From NCBI GenBank assembly GCA_016928395.1, contig JAFGKV010000057.1, positions 1 to 37,623 of the forward strand: DNA of 37,623 nt, in the 5' to 3' direction. Both the position numbers and the translations under genes were made by a program. Positions 26,859 through 36,910 of the stretch are shown here, one piece after another. This DNA is from Candidatus Fermentibacterota bacterium. GTDB lineage: Bacteria; JAFGKV01. Within the stretch, counting starts at the first letter, position 1, and each line of letters starts with the position of its first letter. The notes beneath the pieces are model-generated. The model was given only the letters and a program-made list of their open reading frames with translations, did not search any database and had not been told where the DNA came from.

Positions 26859-28075
26859 TGCAAGAGCCTGGAACGGGCCCGGGCGGCGTGGGGGCTGGCG
26901 GGAAAGCGTTCGAGCACCTCCATGTAGAGGATCCGGGCGCTATCGGGCATGCCCGCCGCCGTCAGGCAGTCGCCGGCGCCCAGGAGTACCACCGGTCCCT
27001 CTTCTCCCGCCGGGTCCAGGCGCCCCCACGCTTCGAGGGCCTCGTCGAGCCTCCCGGCGCGCTCCAGGCACCGCGCCTCGCGGATTCCCCAACGTATCCG
27101 CGCATCCCCATCCGTGGCCCGGCGCACCTCGCTATACCCCTGGGCTGCGGAGGCGAATCGGCCCCGCAGCTCGTGGCGCAGGCTTTCCAGCGCTCGCTGG
27201 CGCACCTTCGGCTCCTGGGGCAGATGGGAGGCCAGTTGTGCCACGTCGTAGGCATCATTGGCCTCAGCCATACCCGGCCGGAGACGGGCTGCGGCCTCCA
27301 AGGCCCGGGCCAGTGAATCGGTTCCCTCACGGGAGAATCGGATCATAGCGGCAAGAAGCTCCGCCTCCCCTCGCTCCGGCCTCCCTCGGGGTATCTGGCC
27401 CAGGAGATCAAGAGCGTCATCGTCCTTGCCTTCGCCGGCCATCAGCCTGGCCCGCGCTACGGCGGCCTGATGCCTGAGGGTCCCCGGCGAGCCCGACGCA
27501 AGAAGGCTGTCGAGAAGAGCGGCGGCTTCCGACTCTGCGCCGCACCGTGCCATGGCCTCGGCCAGATGGATCACCGTGAGTTCGGTCCACGATCCTCCGT
27601 GCGCCCTTAGAAGGCCGTATGCCCAGACCACCGCAGGATCATGACCGGCCTCCTCGGCCTGCATGCCCAGCGCTTGCAGAGAGGAGACGCGTAGATCGCG
27701 GATGTCCAGGAGCGCCGTGAGCGAATCCACCCTCGCCCAGTCCCGCCTGCCCGATGCCAAAAGCAGGAGAACCTCGCCAAGATGCGGTGCATCAACTGAA
27801 ACCAACGCCGGAGGGAGTGCCTCAGCAGATCGCGGCGACAGCCGCGATTGTGCGCTCAGGGCCACGTTGGTCGGATCGACTCCTCGCTCCAGAAGCCCCT
27901 TCATTGCCCATGCCGCGCGCTCCATGTCGTCATGCTGGAGCGCCGCATTGAGTGCGCTGCGAAGAGCGATTGTCTCCGAATGATCGGCGGGCTGCCGCAG
28001 TGTCTGGGATGCCCCGGCGCCGCCCAGCGCACACGCGGCGGCAATGATGCTAAGGGCGAGGCTGCGATAACGCAC
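26855..28075 (-). CDS. Exported tetratricopeptide-repeat protein
   Basis: Signal-like N-terminus from GTG 28075; helical Ala/Leu/Arg repeats; C-terminal ARILYMEVLERFPASPHAARAR. Start is inferred. Confidence 0.72.
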   Translation of the reverse strand: MRYRSLALSIIAAACALGGAGASQTLRQPADHSETIALRSALNAALQHDDMERAAWAMKGLLERGVDPTNVALSAQSRLSPRSAEALPPALVSVDAPHLGEVLLLLASGRRDWARVDSLTALLDIRDLRVSSLQALGMQAEEAGHDPAVVWAYGLLRAHGGSWTELTVIHLAEAMARCGAESEAAALLDSLLASGSPGTLRHQAAVARARLMAGEGKDDDALDLLGQIPRGRPERGEAELLAAMIRFSREGTDSLARALEAAARLRPGMAEANDAYDVAQLASHLPQEPKVRQRALESLRHELRGRFASAAQGYSEVRRATDGDARIRWGIREARCLERAGRLDEALEAWGRLDPAGEEGPVVLLGAGDCLTAAGMPDSARILYMEVLERFPASPHAARARSRLLQ

Positions 28076-31000
28076 GAAAGTACGCCTCGATGGCGTCGTG
28101 GTATGCCGCCGGGTAGGGATCATCTCGCCGGGGCGGTGGCGCGGGAGCAGGGGCGTGAACCGCGCCCGGCAGCTTCTCACCGGGAACCGTTGTCTGCGCC
28201 CGGGCAGGTTCCGACATCCGCCTGCGGGCCAATCCTTGCCGGCGCACCGATCGCTGGGCATCGAGAAGCCGGGTAAGCACCCGCCGTTGCCGCTTCACCG
28301 TCTCCTCGTCAAGCCCGTGCTGCCCAAGCTGTTCTGCCAGATCCTCCATCTCCTCTCCGATGGCGCCCAGGTCACCGGTGACGCCACGGCCGTCTTGTCC
28401 CTGGGCCATTCGTGCCAACTGGTCGCGAATCCAGTGCTGTCGGGCAGCCAGAGCAGAGAGTGTCTCACGGGGGAGACCGCCGGCCCGCGGCAGCAGAGAT
28501 TGGCACGAGCGATTGAGCTGGCCCTGGGCCTGGGACAGACCGAAAAGGTCGTCCATGCCGGGATTGCCGGCGCATGACATCGATTCCATGTCTCGCCGCA
28601 AGGCGCTCAACGCGCCCGAAACGGTATTCAGGGCGCGCAATGCCGCCTTCCGGTTCCCCGGAGTTGGCGATCCGCCCGCCCGGTCCAGATCGTTCTGCGC
28701 CCTGGCCATGGTGCCCAGCGCATCGGCCGTGGCCGGGCCCACACCCCTGCACGAAGTCTCCATTTCCTCCCGAAGCAGCCTCAAGGCCTCCGTCACGCCC
28801 ATCTGGCGCGCCTGATCAGAGCGCTCGTCGCCCGAAGGCCTGGTCAGGAGTTCCTGCTCGTAGGCCAGATCCGAGACAATCCGCTCGGCCCGGGCAAGCT
28901 CCTGCCCCAGTTGCGCGGCATCGGCCCCCCGCATGGAATTCTCCGCCGCCTGCAGGTCAGCGGTCAACTGCTGAAGGCCGGCCAGGGCCTTGGTCTCATG
29001 ATCGTACGCCTGGGGTGAATCGGAACGCAGCGCCTGCGCGGCCTGTTCCATGGCCTGTTGGGTTTTCGCGTCCTGCACCCGATCCACCGCGGCGGCCAGA
29101 CTCTCACTCAGCGCCGGCGTCATGGTCGACAGGTCGGCACTGAGCTGGCGGATTCCCTCCTCAAGGCGGTTCATCTCCTGACCAAGGCGCTCCTGCCGCT
29201 CTGCTTGGGCAGCCGTCTGCGGCGCCTCCATCACGCCCTCCTGCTCATACCTGAGTTGTTCCGCCACTCTGGTGAGCGATGAAAGCCGCTGGGCTGCCTC
29301 GATCTGTTTGAGCATCTCGATGGCGCGGTCAAGACCCTCCAGGATCTTCTCCTGGTTGGCCGCCAGCCGGCTCAGGGCCTGCTGCAGCTCTTGTGGATTC
29401 ACGGTATCGAGGGCCTCCTGCAGCTCTTCCAAGGCGCGTTCCAGTTCCGGGAGATGAAGATTCCGCAACAGGTTCTGTACTGTGGCCACCTTGTCCAGCA
29501 GTTCCGCCGTGAGCAGCTCCTCTTCCGTGGCCTTTCGTTCGAGTTGGGCCAGGTCATCGGCGATCTGAGCCAGCCGCTCCCCCATGTCCCGCTGCGCCTC
29601 GGCCAAAGCCCGCAGATCCTCCCTCGTGCCCCAATCCGTGGCTTCAGCGCCGACTAGATTTGCGGCAATGCTCCTCAGCTCCTCCTGCAGGTCGGTCCCC
29701 TCACCGGCCAGTGCCTCTAAGCTGTCGATAACACTGGTCTGCTCCTGGCCCACCGACGCCACGATCTCCTCCAAGGAGGGGAAGCGGAGGCAGAACCACC
29801 GGCTAGCGGTGGTCTTGCGGCCGCTGACCGCGTCATTGTCGGTCACCTCAAACCGGTAGGTTACGACATCCTCCGGCAGCAGATCAAAGCTCGACAGGTC
29901 CCAAGTTCGCGCCCACGTACCATTGATCCCTAATGCCCCTTGGGCGAGGAGCAGAGTGTCTTCGCGTTCTCCCATGGCATACCGTACGGAAACCCTCGAG
30001 ATGCCGAAATCGTCATGGGCGGTCACGCCCACGGCCACCGAGAGATCCCGGGGCATCTCCGTGTCGCCATCCGGCTTCGTGGCATCGATCATGGGAGGCT
30101 CATCGGGAATCACATGCACCGGGATCGGCCCTGTGGTTGCGCGTTGCCAAAACCCGTCGATCGCGTGAAAACTCGCTATGGCGGGGCCGTCTACGGAAAA
30201 CCGGCCCGAGGCGCCGGCGCCTTCTACCGAGAGACTGCACGGCTGCCCCCTCCAGCGATCCTCCACGCACGCCGCCAAGGGGTTATTGCATAGCAGCGTC
30301 AGATCAATGCTGCTGCCCTGGAGCGCGCGGATCTCCCTCGGAATGCCCTGGGTCATCACGGGCACAAGGCCGGCGTACCGGGGGGGTTCGTAGACCATGC
30401 GGGCATCGACGAACTCAAGGGCTCGGTACTCGTGCACGGCAAACCACCGGCTGACGGTGTCGCCAACGGCCACGCGATACTGGCGGCCCCCGTCATGGGA
30501 TAACAACTCGGCACTCATCTCGCTGCGCTGCCCGTGCCGCGAAGTCAGTGAGAGCGCCACCGTCTCGGTCATCTCTCCCGGGCGCCGAACCTCTACCACG
30601 GCCGTAGCCTTTCCCAGTTCCCAAATCGAGGCTCGAACAGAGATCCTTGCCCCGGCTACCGTGCTGGTATCCCCCGGCGCCACCGCCAAGATCCGTGGCA
30701 AAGGCGGAGGCGCGTCGAGCCATGGCAGAGCACCGGCGATCCATGCGGGCGCTCTGTTCCCTGAGGACGCCGCCAGGAACAGCACCAGAAGCACACCCAA
30801 GGCCGGTGCGCGCCAGGGCAAGGGCGCCCGAATTCCCAATAGGGCGTACCCGTCGATCCGTGCAAGCCGTTCCAGCGCCTGTTCCTGCGCCATGGCGGCC
30901 AACTCTTCGCTGGTCCCCACCGGTACGTGAAGAGCAAGATCAACAGCGGGCCGCAATCGACCGCCCAACACGGGGGCAACGGACTCCAGAGCCCGGGCCG

Positions 31001-31256
31001 TGTGGGCCTCGCCACGCTGCGCCAGATCGCCGATGGTTCGACTCCCGTGCACCGCCATGGCGGCCGCGGCCGCCAGTAGCATCCACCGCAGCATGGCCGG
31101 CGGCGTGCCCAAGCCCGCGATGCAGGCCAACACGGATGCCCCGATGAGTCCCCACGCAACCGCGGACACGGCCCATCGCAGCGTCGCCCTCCTCCGTCGG
31201 GCGGCCTCCAGGCGCCGCAATCGGCGAATGAGCTCAGAACCGTCGAGGGAGGTCAT
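28050..31256 (-). CDS. DUF4175-like membrane-anchored protein (Ig-like domains plus long coiled coil)
   Basis: Three N-terminal TMs; PPRYAGL, DEPP, AHDDFGI, YRFEVTDNDAVSG; Gln/Glu-rich coiled coil; RQRRVLTRLLDA and a YHDAIEAYF end. Confidence 0.75.
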   Translation of the reverse strand: MTSLDGSELIRRLRRLEAARRRRATLRWAVSAVAWGLIGASVLACIAGLGTPPAMLRWMLLAAAAAMAVHGSRTIGDLAQRGEAHTARALESVAPVLGGRLRPAVDLALHVPVGTSEELAAMAQEQALERLARIDGYALLGIRAPLPWRAPALGVLLVLFLAASSGNRAPAWIAGALPWLDAPPPLPRILAVAPGDTSTVAGARISVRASIWELGKATAVVEVRRPGEMTETVALSLTSRHGQRSEMSAELLSHDGGRQYRVAVGDTVSRWFAVHEYRALEFVDARMVYEPPRYAGLVPVMTQGIPREIRALQGSSIDLTLLCNNPLAACVEDRWRGQPCSLSVEGAGASGRFSVDGPAIASFHAIDGFWQRATTGPIPVHVIPDEPPMIDATKPDGDTEMPRDLSVAVGVTAHDDFGISRVSVRYAMGEREDTLLLAQGALGINGTWARTWDLSSFDLLPEDVVTYRFEVTDNDAVSGRKTTASRWFCLRFPSLEEIVASVGQEQTSVIDSLEALAGEGTDLQEELRSIAANLVGAEATDWGTREDLRALAEAQRDMGERLAQIADDLAQLERKATEEELLTAELLDKVATVQNLLRNLHLPELERALEELQEALDTVNPQELQQALSRLAANQEKILEGLDRAIEMLKQIEAAQRLSSLTRVAEQLRYEQEGVMEAPQTAAQAERQERLGQEMNRLEEGIRQLSADLSTMTPALSESLAAAVDRVQDAKTQQAMEQAAQALRSDSPQAYDHETKALAGLQQLTADLQAAENSMRGADAAQLGQELARAERIVSDLAYEQELLTRPSGDERSDQARQMGVTEALRLLREEMETSCRGVGPATADALGTMARAQNDLDRAGGSPTPGNRKAALRALNTVSGALSALRRDMESMSCAGNPGMDDLFGLSQAQGQLNRSCQSLLPRAGGLPRETLSALAARQHWIRDQLARMAQGQDGRGVTGDLGAIGEEMEDLAEQLGQHGLDEETVKRQRRVLTRLLDAQRSVRRQGLARRRMSEPARAQTTVPGEKLPGAVHAPAPAPPPRRDDPYPAAYHDAIEAYFRALSQPRP

Positions 31257-31282
31257 GGGAAAGAGTCATGGAGTGGAACGAA

Positions 31283-31330
31283 TGGAACGATGGAATGGTG
31301 GAACAATGGAATGGTGGAACAATGGAATGG
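31283..31330. repeat. 8-bp-period tandem repeat (TGGAANNN)x6 inside the operon
   Basis: tggaacga tggaatgg tggaacaa tggaatgg tggaacaa tggaatgg, followed by a loose ~7-bp-period tract to ~31378. Confidence 0.75.
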
Positions 31331-31391
31331 GACCGGAAACCGAGAACAGACCACGAACCACCGGCAACTGAGAACGGCGAGCATCGCGTGC

Positions 31392-32036
31392 CTAGTGCGT
31401 GAGCGCGTAGGCAACGATGTTGACCCCCATCTTGAGGGCTGCCTCCCGCAGGTACGGCGGGTCGTTATGCACCCGTTCGTCTTCCCAGCCGTCGCCCAGG
31501 TCGCAACTGAAAGTGTACACCACCATGATGCGCTCCCCATCCATCACCGCCAGGGCCTGGGCCGGGGCGCCGTCATGCTCGTGAATCTTGGGCACGCCTT
31601 GGGGAAAGACGTGATGGATGGAGAAAATTGGGTGGTCGGGCGGGAGAACCACCAGATCGCGATCGGGAAACACCCGGGCGATCTCGCGACGGAACGACGC
31701 ATCCATGCCGTAGTTGTCGTCCGCATGAAGGAAGCCTCCCCCCAGGAGAAACCGGTGAAGGCGGGAGACCTCATCATCGGTCAGCCGTATCTCACCGTGA
31801 CCAGTCAGGTACAGAAAAGGGTGCCGGAACAAATCCGCACTGCTCAACTCAACGACATTCTCCCGCTCCGCCACCGCAATGCCCAGGTCATCACCGATCC
31901 TACGGAGCAAGTTGGGCAACGAAGAAGGGTCGGCATACCAATCACCGCCGCCGCCATACTTGACACGGCCGATCGTAAACGGGGCCGGCCCCGGATCAAC
32001 GGCGCCCAGCAGCAGTGCCAAGAGCAGCACACACAC
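31392..32036 (-). CDS. DUF4159 domain protein
   Basis: RVKYGGGGDWYADPSSLPNL, PFLYLTGHG, GGFLHADDNYG, PKIHEHDG, DLGDGWED, ALKMGVNI. GTG 32036 overlaps the upstream TAG. Confidence 0.92.
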   Translation of the reverse strand: MCVLLLALLLGAVDPGPAPFTIGRVKYGGGGDWYADPSSLPNLLRRIGDDLGIAVAERENVVELSSADLFRHPFLYLTGHGEIRLTDDEVSRLHRFLLGGGFLHADDNYGMDASFRREIARVFPDRDLVVLPPDHPIFSIHHVFPQGVPKIHEHDGAPAQALAVMDGERIMVVYTFSCDLGDGWEDERVHNDPPYLREAALKMGVNIVAYALTH

Positions 32037-35000
32037 TAGGGCCTCCGCACCACCTTGGTCTCGGCGCGGGCCGCGAGGCCGCCACCCTGGACCGACAACC
32101 GCATAAGATAGACTCCCCCAGCAATCCGGTCGCCGTCGGCATCCAGGCCGTCCCAAGGCATGAGGTTCGTACCCCGGAATGGATTGGCCAGCTCGATGGT
32201 TCGGATGAGCCTGCCGCTGACCGTGTACACCCGGGCCTCGGCCACCGCGGCATCGTCGGAGAGAACGAAGCGAAGCGTCGTATGGTCGGTAAACGGACTG
32301 GGGATTGCGGCGAACCCGGCGACGCTCAGGCCGCCTCCCGCCCGGACGGTAACGCGATGGGCCGCCTCATTGCCATAGATGTCCGCCACCCGTACCACCA
32401 AAGCATGACTTCCGGCCTGCATCAGGGGGAGTTCGAACAAGACTGACCCCTCCTGCGGGCTGCCAGGTGGTGACTCATAGGTTGGCGCCACCGCCTGGCC
32501 GGCCAGAGTGATACGAATGCTGGATCCTAGAATCCCGTCGTGGTCAGTCAGGGATGCGCGCATCCATTCGCCCCCTTGGACGAACTCGCCCTCCTGAAAC
32601 AGCTGCCAGGCGTTGTCGCGCTGGATCTCAATTGAGGGCATCACGGGGGGGTCACGGTCATACACCACCAGCACCGTGAACTGGCCCGCGGCCGGGGCCT
32701 CGGCCTCTACGCGCCCACCCACGACACTGCCCGGCAGGCCCACCCACCGGCCAAGCCCCGCATCCCACACGGCTGCCATCAGGCTGTCCACATCCGCGGG
32801 CAGTACCCAGTTGGTGTCATAGGCCAGGCGCAGGGGGAGCGGGATACGCCCGTTTTCGCCGCTGTCGAAACCAACGGTGTACGCCCGTCCCGAACCGGCC
32901 CCGGGCACGGGGCACACGTCAATCCTCCGCTGGTCAGCCACTCTGGTCACCGGTCCCACCGCGATGCGTACCACCGTGGTATCATCCACACACCACGGCG
33001 GCACGGTCACCAGGATATTGCCGTTGTTGCTCGCCACGAACCCTCCACTGCCCGTCTCAGGCGTCACCAGGGCAGTATCGACATTGGCGGGGCTGGTGAA
33101 CTGTGCAAGGGTCAGAGCTTCGGCCGCGCCGCTGCGAGCCCACACCCGCAGTGCGCCGGTGCCGGGCGGCGGAACCTCCGCGATAGTCAGTTCCGAGGTA
33201 AACGGAAGAGTCACCGTCTGAGATCGGGATGCCAAGAGAATGCCGAAGGCGTCAACCAGATCCATGCGTAGCTCGGCGGAGGAGACGGCCTCCCAGGTCA
33301 GCGTGCCCGAGACTGCGGTACCGTGAGTCACCACATCAGGGACCACCGAGGCTGCCAGGTCGCCCGCCGACGGCACAGGCAACTCCGAGGCGGGATCCCC
33401 GAGCAGCGAATAGGCGCGGCATACATAAGAGAGATCGGTCTGGATCTTGGCCACCTGGATGGCGAGACCGATCTGGCGAAGCCCTCTGTCCAGCAGCGCG
33501 CGATGCAGGTTTACGGAAAGAATGCCATTGTCCGAGGGGTAGCTTTCCCGGGATGAGCTGAAAAAGGCCAGGGCGCCTTCGCGCCAACGGGTGAAATGCT
33601 CCGCCATGACGATATCGTAGTCCGGATCGTCAAACCGCCCCGTATCGCAACTGAAGCTCGTGATGAGCGGATAGTCTGGTGCCGTGAGCATCTCGGGTGC
33701 ATCGTCCGTGGTGATGATCCACTCAGTGGCCCAGGTATTGATCCCGCCGTGCCCGACATAGGTGAGAAGCAGCATGCCATCGCGGATGGTATCCAGAATC
33801 CACGGCCGGTAGTATGCCTCACCCTTGGCCCGGGAGTGCAGCATGGTGGGCCGGTCGTTCCAGGCATCATTGGATCCGCCGTTGTAGCTCAGGTAGATGC
33901 GCTCGGGAAAATAGGCAGGGCTGACGCTGGCGATAATTGTCTCACAGTCGACGGCAAAGCCCGGCTGGCTGGCGGTGCCGCTGGCATCATCGGCGAAGAA
34001 CGCAATTCGGGCATGGGCATGGGAGGGGGCATTCAGGGTCTCCGCCGCAATGATCTTGTCAACAAAGTCATTCGCCTGGGCGGCCGTCTGCACGCTGAGA
34101 CGGCCCAGGGCCACATCAGGCAGCCGGCGGGAATCATTGTCCACATCGGCATACGCATTCTCGTCGGCCACGCGGCTAATGAGCCGTACGGGAATCAGAT
34201 TGGGCGAAACCTGGTTGCCGTGGCGCTGCCGTGCGGAGCCATCGCCGATGAGTACCACGAAACCGGGCCGCGGATCAAACGCTCCGTAGGCCCACGCGAT
34301 GAACTCATCAATGGCCAGGCTTGATGGATAGCCATAGCCGAACCGATCGAAAACCTCATTCACATCAACGACCAACGTGCTGAGCCCCCGTGTTTCCCGG
34401 TGAGCGGCAAGACGCGCGGCGGCGCTTTGGAAGAGCGGATGGGTGATGGCCAGGTAGTCCGCACCGGTCGCCCCCGCCAAGGCGCCTGCGGTGCGAAGCT
34501 CCATGGCAGGCCTGGAGACGCCCCGGTCCGGGGCGAAGGCCATGTACCGCCGCGGCGAGTCACCTGCCACAGAGTCGCCGAAGGCCACTGCATATCCGCC
34601 GGACGAGGGGTCAACCGTATGGCCTGTGAGACGAACAGGGTCAGCGGGATCGCTGACATCCAGCAGCATGACCTCCGGATAACGGAATCCCTCGAGGCGG
34701 TAACGCCGCAACGCCTGGTCACCGGCCTCGCCGGCGAAGAGAAGGCTGTCCATGGCGGCCGTGCCGGTGTGAAAATCCAGGGTCAGGCTCTTCAGCCAGA
34801 TCTTGTCCGCGGCGGTGGATTGGCCGATGCCCTCAACCTTGACCACGTTCGTGCCGACATAGACCATGTCTTCCTGTACCGGGGCCGACACGGTGAAGGG
34901 CCCCCTGTTGGTCCACGTGGTGTCGACCAAGACCCGGCCACCCATGGACACCCTCAGGCGATGCGTGGTCCAGGCATCGGCACTGCCGGCCAAGGTGAGG

Positions 35001-36166
35001 TTGATTGGGCGGCTCTTGTCCACCGTAGAGACGGAGAAGCTCAGGTTCGCCACGCTGATCTGGCCGGGCGACTGGGTCTCCACCTTGGCCCACCACCACT
35101 GCAGCGCATCTCCCGTCGGCGTGTAATCGGAGTGATCCAGCTCCTCGGCCACGACCAGCGACACGGGGTGGGAGGTCACCTCGGGCCCGGCGCCGGGGGT
35201 GGCATCTCGCTGCCGCATGGCCTGCAATCCACCCCCGCGCCCCAACCACATGACATTCTCGAATGCCTCATCCGCGTACTCGGGCGGGAGTGCCGGCGAG
35301 ACGAAGGCGATGCGCGTCAACGCACCGCCGCTGGTTTCAATGACACAGGGCAACTCTTCGCCTTTCCAGGTCAGCGAAAGCTCATCTGCGGGTGCAGCCG
35401 CCAGGTCGGGAGCTACCGCTGCGAGCGCCTCGCGGGAGATTGCCACCGGCCGGCCAGAAGGCACGGTGATCTTCACCGCAGGATACGGGGGCGCCCACGC
35501 CGCGGGACGGAGTGTCGGCAACGTAGTGCCGACCCAGGTGGCCGTTTCCGGGTTGATGACCATACTCTGCAGCACTGGGAGATACCGGGCCTCTACCGGA
35601 ACGCCGCCGCGATCCACGGTCGAATCCCAGGTGATCTCCACCCGCATACCCAAATTCTCCAGCAACTGCGAACCACCCAAGCGCTGTTGCAGCGGCGTGA
35701 TCTTCAATGCATAGAGCGTCACACCGCGAAATGTGCCCCACGGCTCGATGCCTGCCCATACCGAAGGGTACAGCGCGCCGCTCATATGGGACGGCACGCG
35801 ACTTGTGCGATCGACCCGAAGCCCCTCGGCGGTGGTACTCCACACACCCACGGGTACCGCCCTCAGCGCATGCTCTTGGGCAATCCCGGCGGTGGCTACA
35901 TGCCTAGGCTCACATCCCGGAGGAACTGCGAACAGCAGATAGTACACGGGCAGTTCCGGCCAGCCGGTCTCGCGGGTGAGGGCCGCGCCCGTGGCGCGGA
36001 CAACCGCCTCGTCCCCATCCAGCGGAAACGAAATCCACGGCGCGGCGGCCAGGGAGATATCCAACCCGTCGACCCGCTCGGTGACACCCCACTGGGGCGC
36101 CGGCGGCACGGCGTGGCCGGAGGCAACAAGAACTGCGGCAGTGAACAGCAGCACATACACACGCAT
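32036..36166 (-). CDS. C25-family cysteine peptidase (gingipain/PorU-like) with propeptide and C-terminal FlgD-Ig/T9SS-CTD-like domain
   Basis: Signal peptide; GWPELP propeptide motif; ADYLAITH, VVLIGDG, DVALGRL; catalytic-dyad context YVGHG and SFSCDTG; YSLLGDP; C-terminus PSPF...VYTVSGRLIRTI...WDGLDADGDRIAGGVYL. Confidence 0.88.
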   Translation of the reverse strand: MRVYVLLFTAAVLVASGHAVPPAPQWGVTERVDGLDISLAAAPWISFPLDGDEAVVRATGAALTRETGWPELPVYYLLFAVPPGCEPRHVATAGIAQEHALRAVPVGVWSTTAEGLRVDRTSRVPSHMSGALYPSVWAGIEPWGTFRGVTLYALKITPLQQRLGGSQLLENLGMRVEITWDSTVDRGGVPVEARYLPVLQSMVINPETATWVGTTLPTLRPAAWAPPYPAVKITVPSGRPVAISREALAAVAPDLAAAPADELSLTWKGEELPCVIETSGGALTRIAFVSPALPPEYADEAFENVMWLGRGGGLQAMRQRDATPGAGPEVTSHPVSLVVAEELDHSDYTPTGDALQWWWAKVETQSPGQISVANLSFSVSTVDKSRPINLTLAGSADAWTTHRLRVSMGGRVLVDTTWTNRGPFTVSAPVQEDMVYVGTNVVKVEGIGQSTAADKIWLKSLTLDFHTGTAAMDSLLFAGEAGDQALRRYRLEGFRYPEVMLLDVSDPADPVRLTGHTVDPSSGGYAVAFGDSVAGDSPRRYMAFAPDRGVSRPAMELRTAGALAGATGADYLAITHPLFQSAAARLAAHRETRGLSTLVVDVNEVFDRFGYGYPSSLAIDEFIAWAYGAFDPRPGFVVLIGDGSARQRHGNQVSPNLIPVRLISRVADENAYADVDNDSRRLPDVALGRLSVQTAAQANDFVDKIIAAETLNAPSHAHARIAFFADDASGTASQPGFAVDCETIIASVSPAYFPERIYLSYNGGSNDAWNDRPTMLHSRAKGEAYYRPWILDTIRDGMLLLTYVGHGGINTWATEWIITTDDAPEMLTAPDYPLITSFSCDTGRFDDPDYDIVMAEHFTRWREGALAFFSSSRESYPSDNGILSVNLHRALLDRGLRQIGLAIQVAKIQTDLSYVCRAYSLLGDPASELPVPSAGDLAASVVPDVVTHGTAVSGTLTWEAVSSAELRMDLVDAFGILLASRSQTVTLPFTSELTIAEVPPPGTGALRVWARSGAAEALTLAQFTSPANVDTALVTPETGSGGFVASNNGNILVTVPPWCVDDTTVVRIAVGPVTRVADQRRIDVCPVPGAGSGRAYTVGFDSGENGRIPLPLRLAYDTNWVLPADVDSLMAAVWDAGLGRWVGLPGSVVGGRVEAEAPAAGQFTVLVVYDRDPPVMPSIEIQRDNAWQLFQEGEFVQGGEWMRASLTDHDGILGSSIRITLAGQAVAPTYESPPGSPQEGSVLFELPLMQAGSHALVVRVADIYGNEAAHRVTVRAGGGLSVAGFAAIPSPFTDHTTLRFVLSDDAAVAEARVYTVSGRLIRTIELANPFRGTNLMPWDGLDADGDRIAGGVYLMRLSVQGGGLAARAETKVVRRP

Positions 36167-36262
36167 GGAGTCTCCCGGGAAGGGCGGCGCGAATGGGCCG
36201 GAGTGATCTCTAGTCGGTACTCAGAGGAATGTACCCGATGCTTTAGGACAGGATCCTGAATC

Positions 36263-36910
36263 TCAGCGAATCATCCGCCTTCCCACGGGGATGAGCAACC
36301 ATGGCTCCTCCATGATGGCCAGCGCACTCTTGACCTGGCCCTCGTAGAATGCCCCGATGGGAACCGAGGCCAGGCCCAAGGCAACGGCCTCCAGCATGAC
36401 GTTCTGCGCGGCATGCCCCGCCTCCAGTATCGCGTACTGGGGAGCACGGTCACCATACTTCTCCGCCGTAATTTCCACCGATCCAGCAACAATGATCACC
36501 ACCGCGGCCTGGCGAAGCGCCTCCTGCTGTAAGGCTGCGGCCCACAACTCCAGGGGCACGTGCGGCGCTCGTGTAGCCGCCAGAGCGTGGGTATGCGGGA
36601 GATACCGGTACACCGCGCTCTGAAGCCCGTCCACCGCGCGAACCGCCGCGTAGAGGGTAAGAGGATAGAGTCCTCCGGCCGAGGGGGCGGTCCTGAATCC
36701 CTCAGCCGACGTCACGCCTTGCCCTGCCCATAGAAGCTGCCCAAGATCCTTCAGGTCTATGGGAGAATCCGTGTATTCCCGAACCGACCGCCGCTGCGCC
36801 AGAGCCTGGTGCAGTCCCATGCCATCAGAAGTCTGAGGCGGAGGGAGCTGAACGGGCTCTCCTCCTGATCCGGCAACCCCGGCGAGAATGAGCATTAGGG
36901 CAGTCTTCAT
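36263..36910 (-). CDS. SagB/ThcOx-family nitroreductase-like oxidoreductase
   Basis: RRSVREY, LLWAGQG, RTAPSAGGLYPL, EAGHAAQN, IGAF. GGAGG RBS; short hydrophobic N-terminus. Confidence 0.9.
   Translation of the reverse strand: MKTALMLILAGVAGSGGEPVQLPPPQTSDGMGLHQALAQRRSVREYTDSPIDLKDLGQLLWAGQGVTSAEGFRTAPSAGGLYPLTLYAAVRAVDGLQSAVYRYLPHTHALAATRAPHVPLELWAAALQQEALRQAAVVIIVAGSVEITAEKYGDRAPQYAILEAGHAAQNVMLEAVALGLASVPIGAFYEGQVKSALAIMEEPWLLIPVGRRMIR

Noticed and set aside
34400-36259. 619-aa plus-strand ORF
   Set aside because: Antisense shadow of the C25 peptidase with no recognisable motifs; expected in high-GC DNA.
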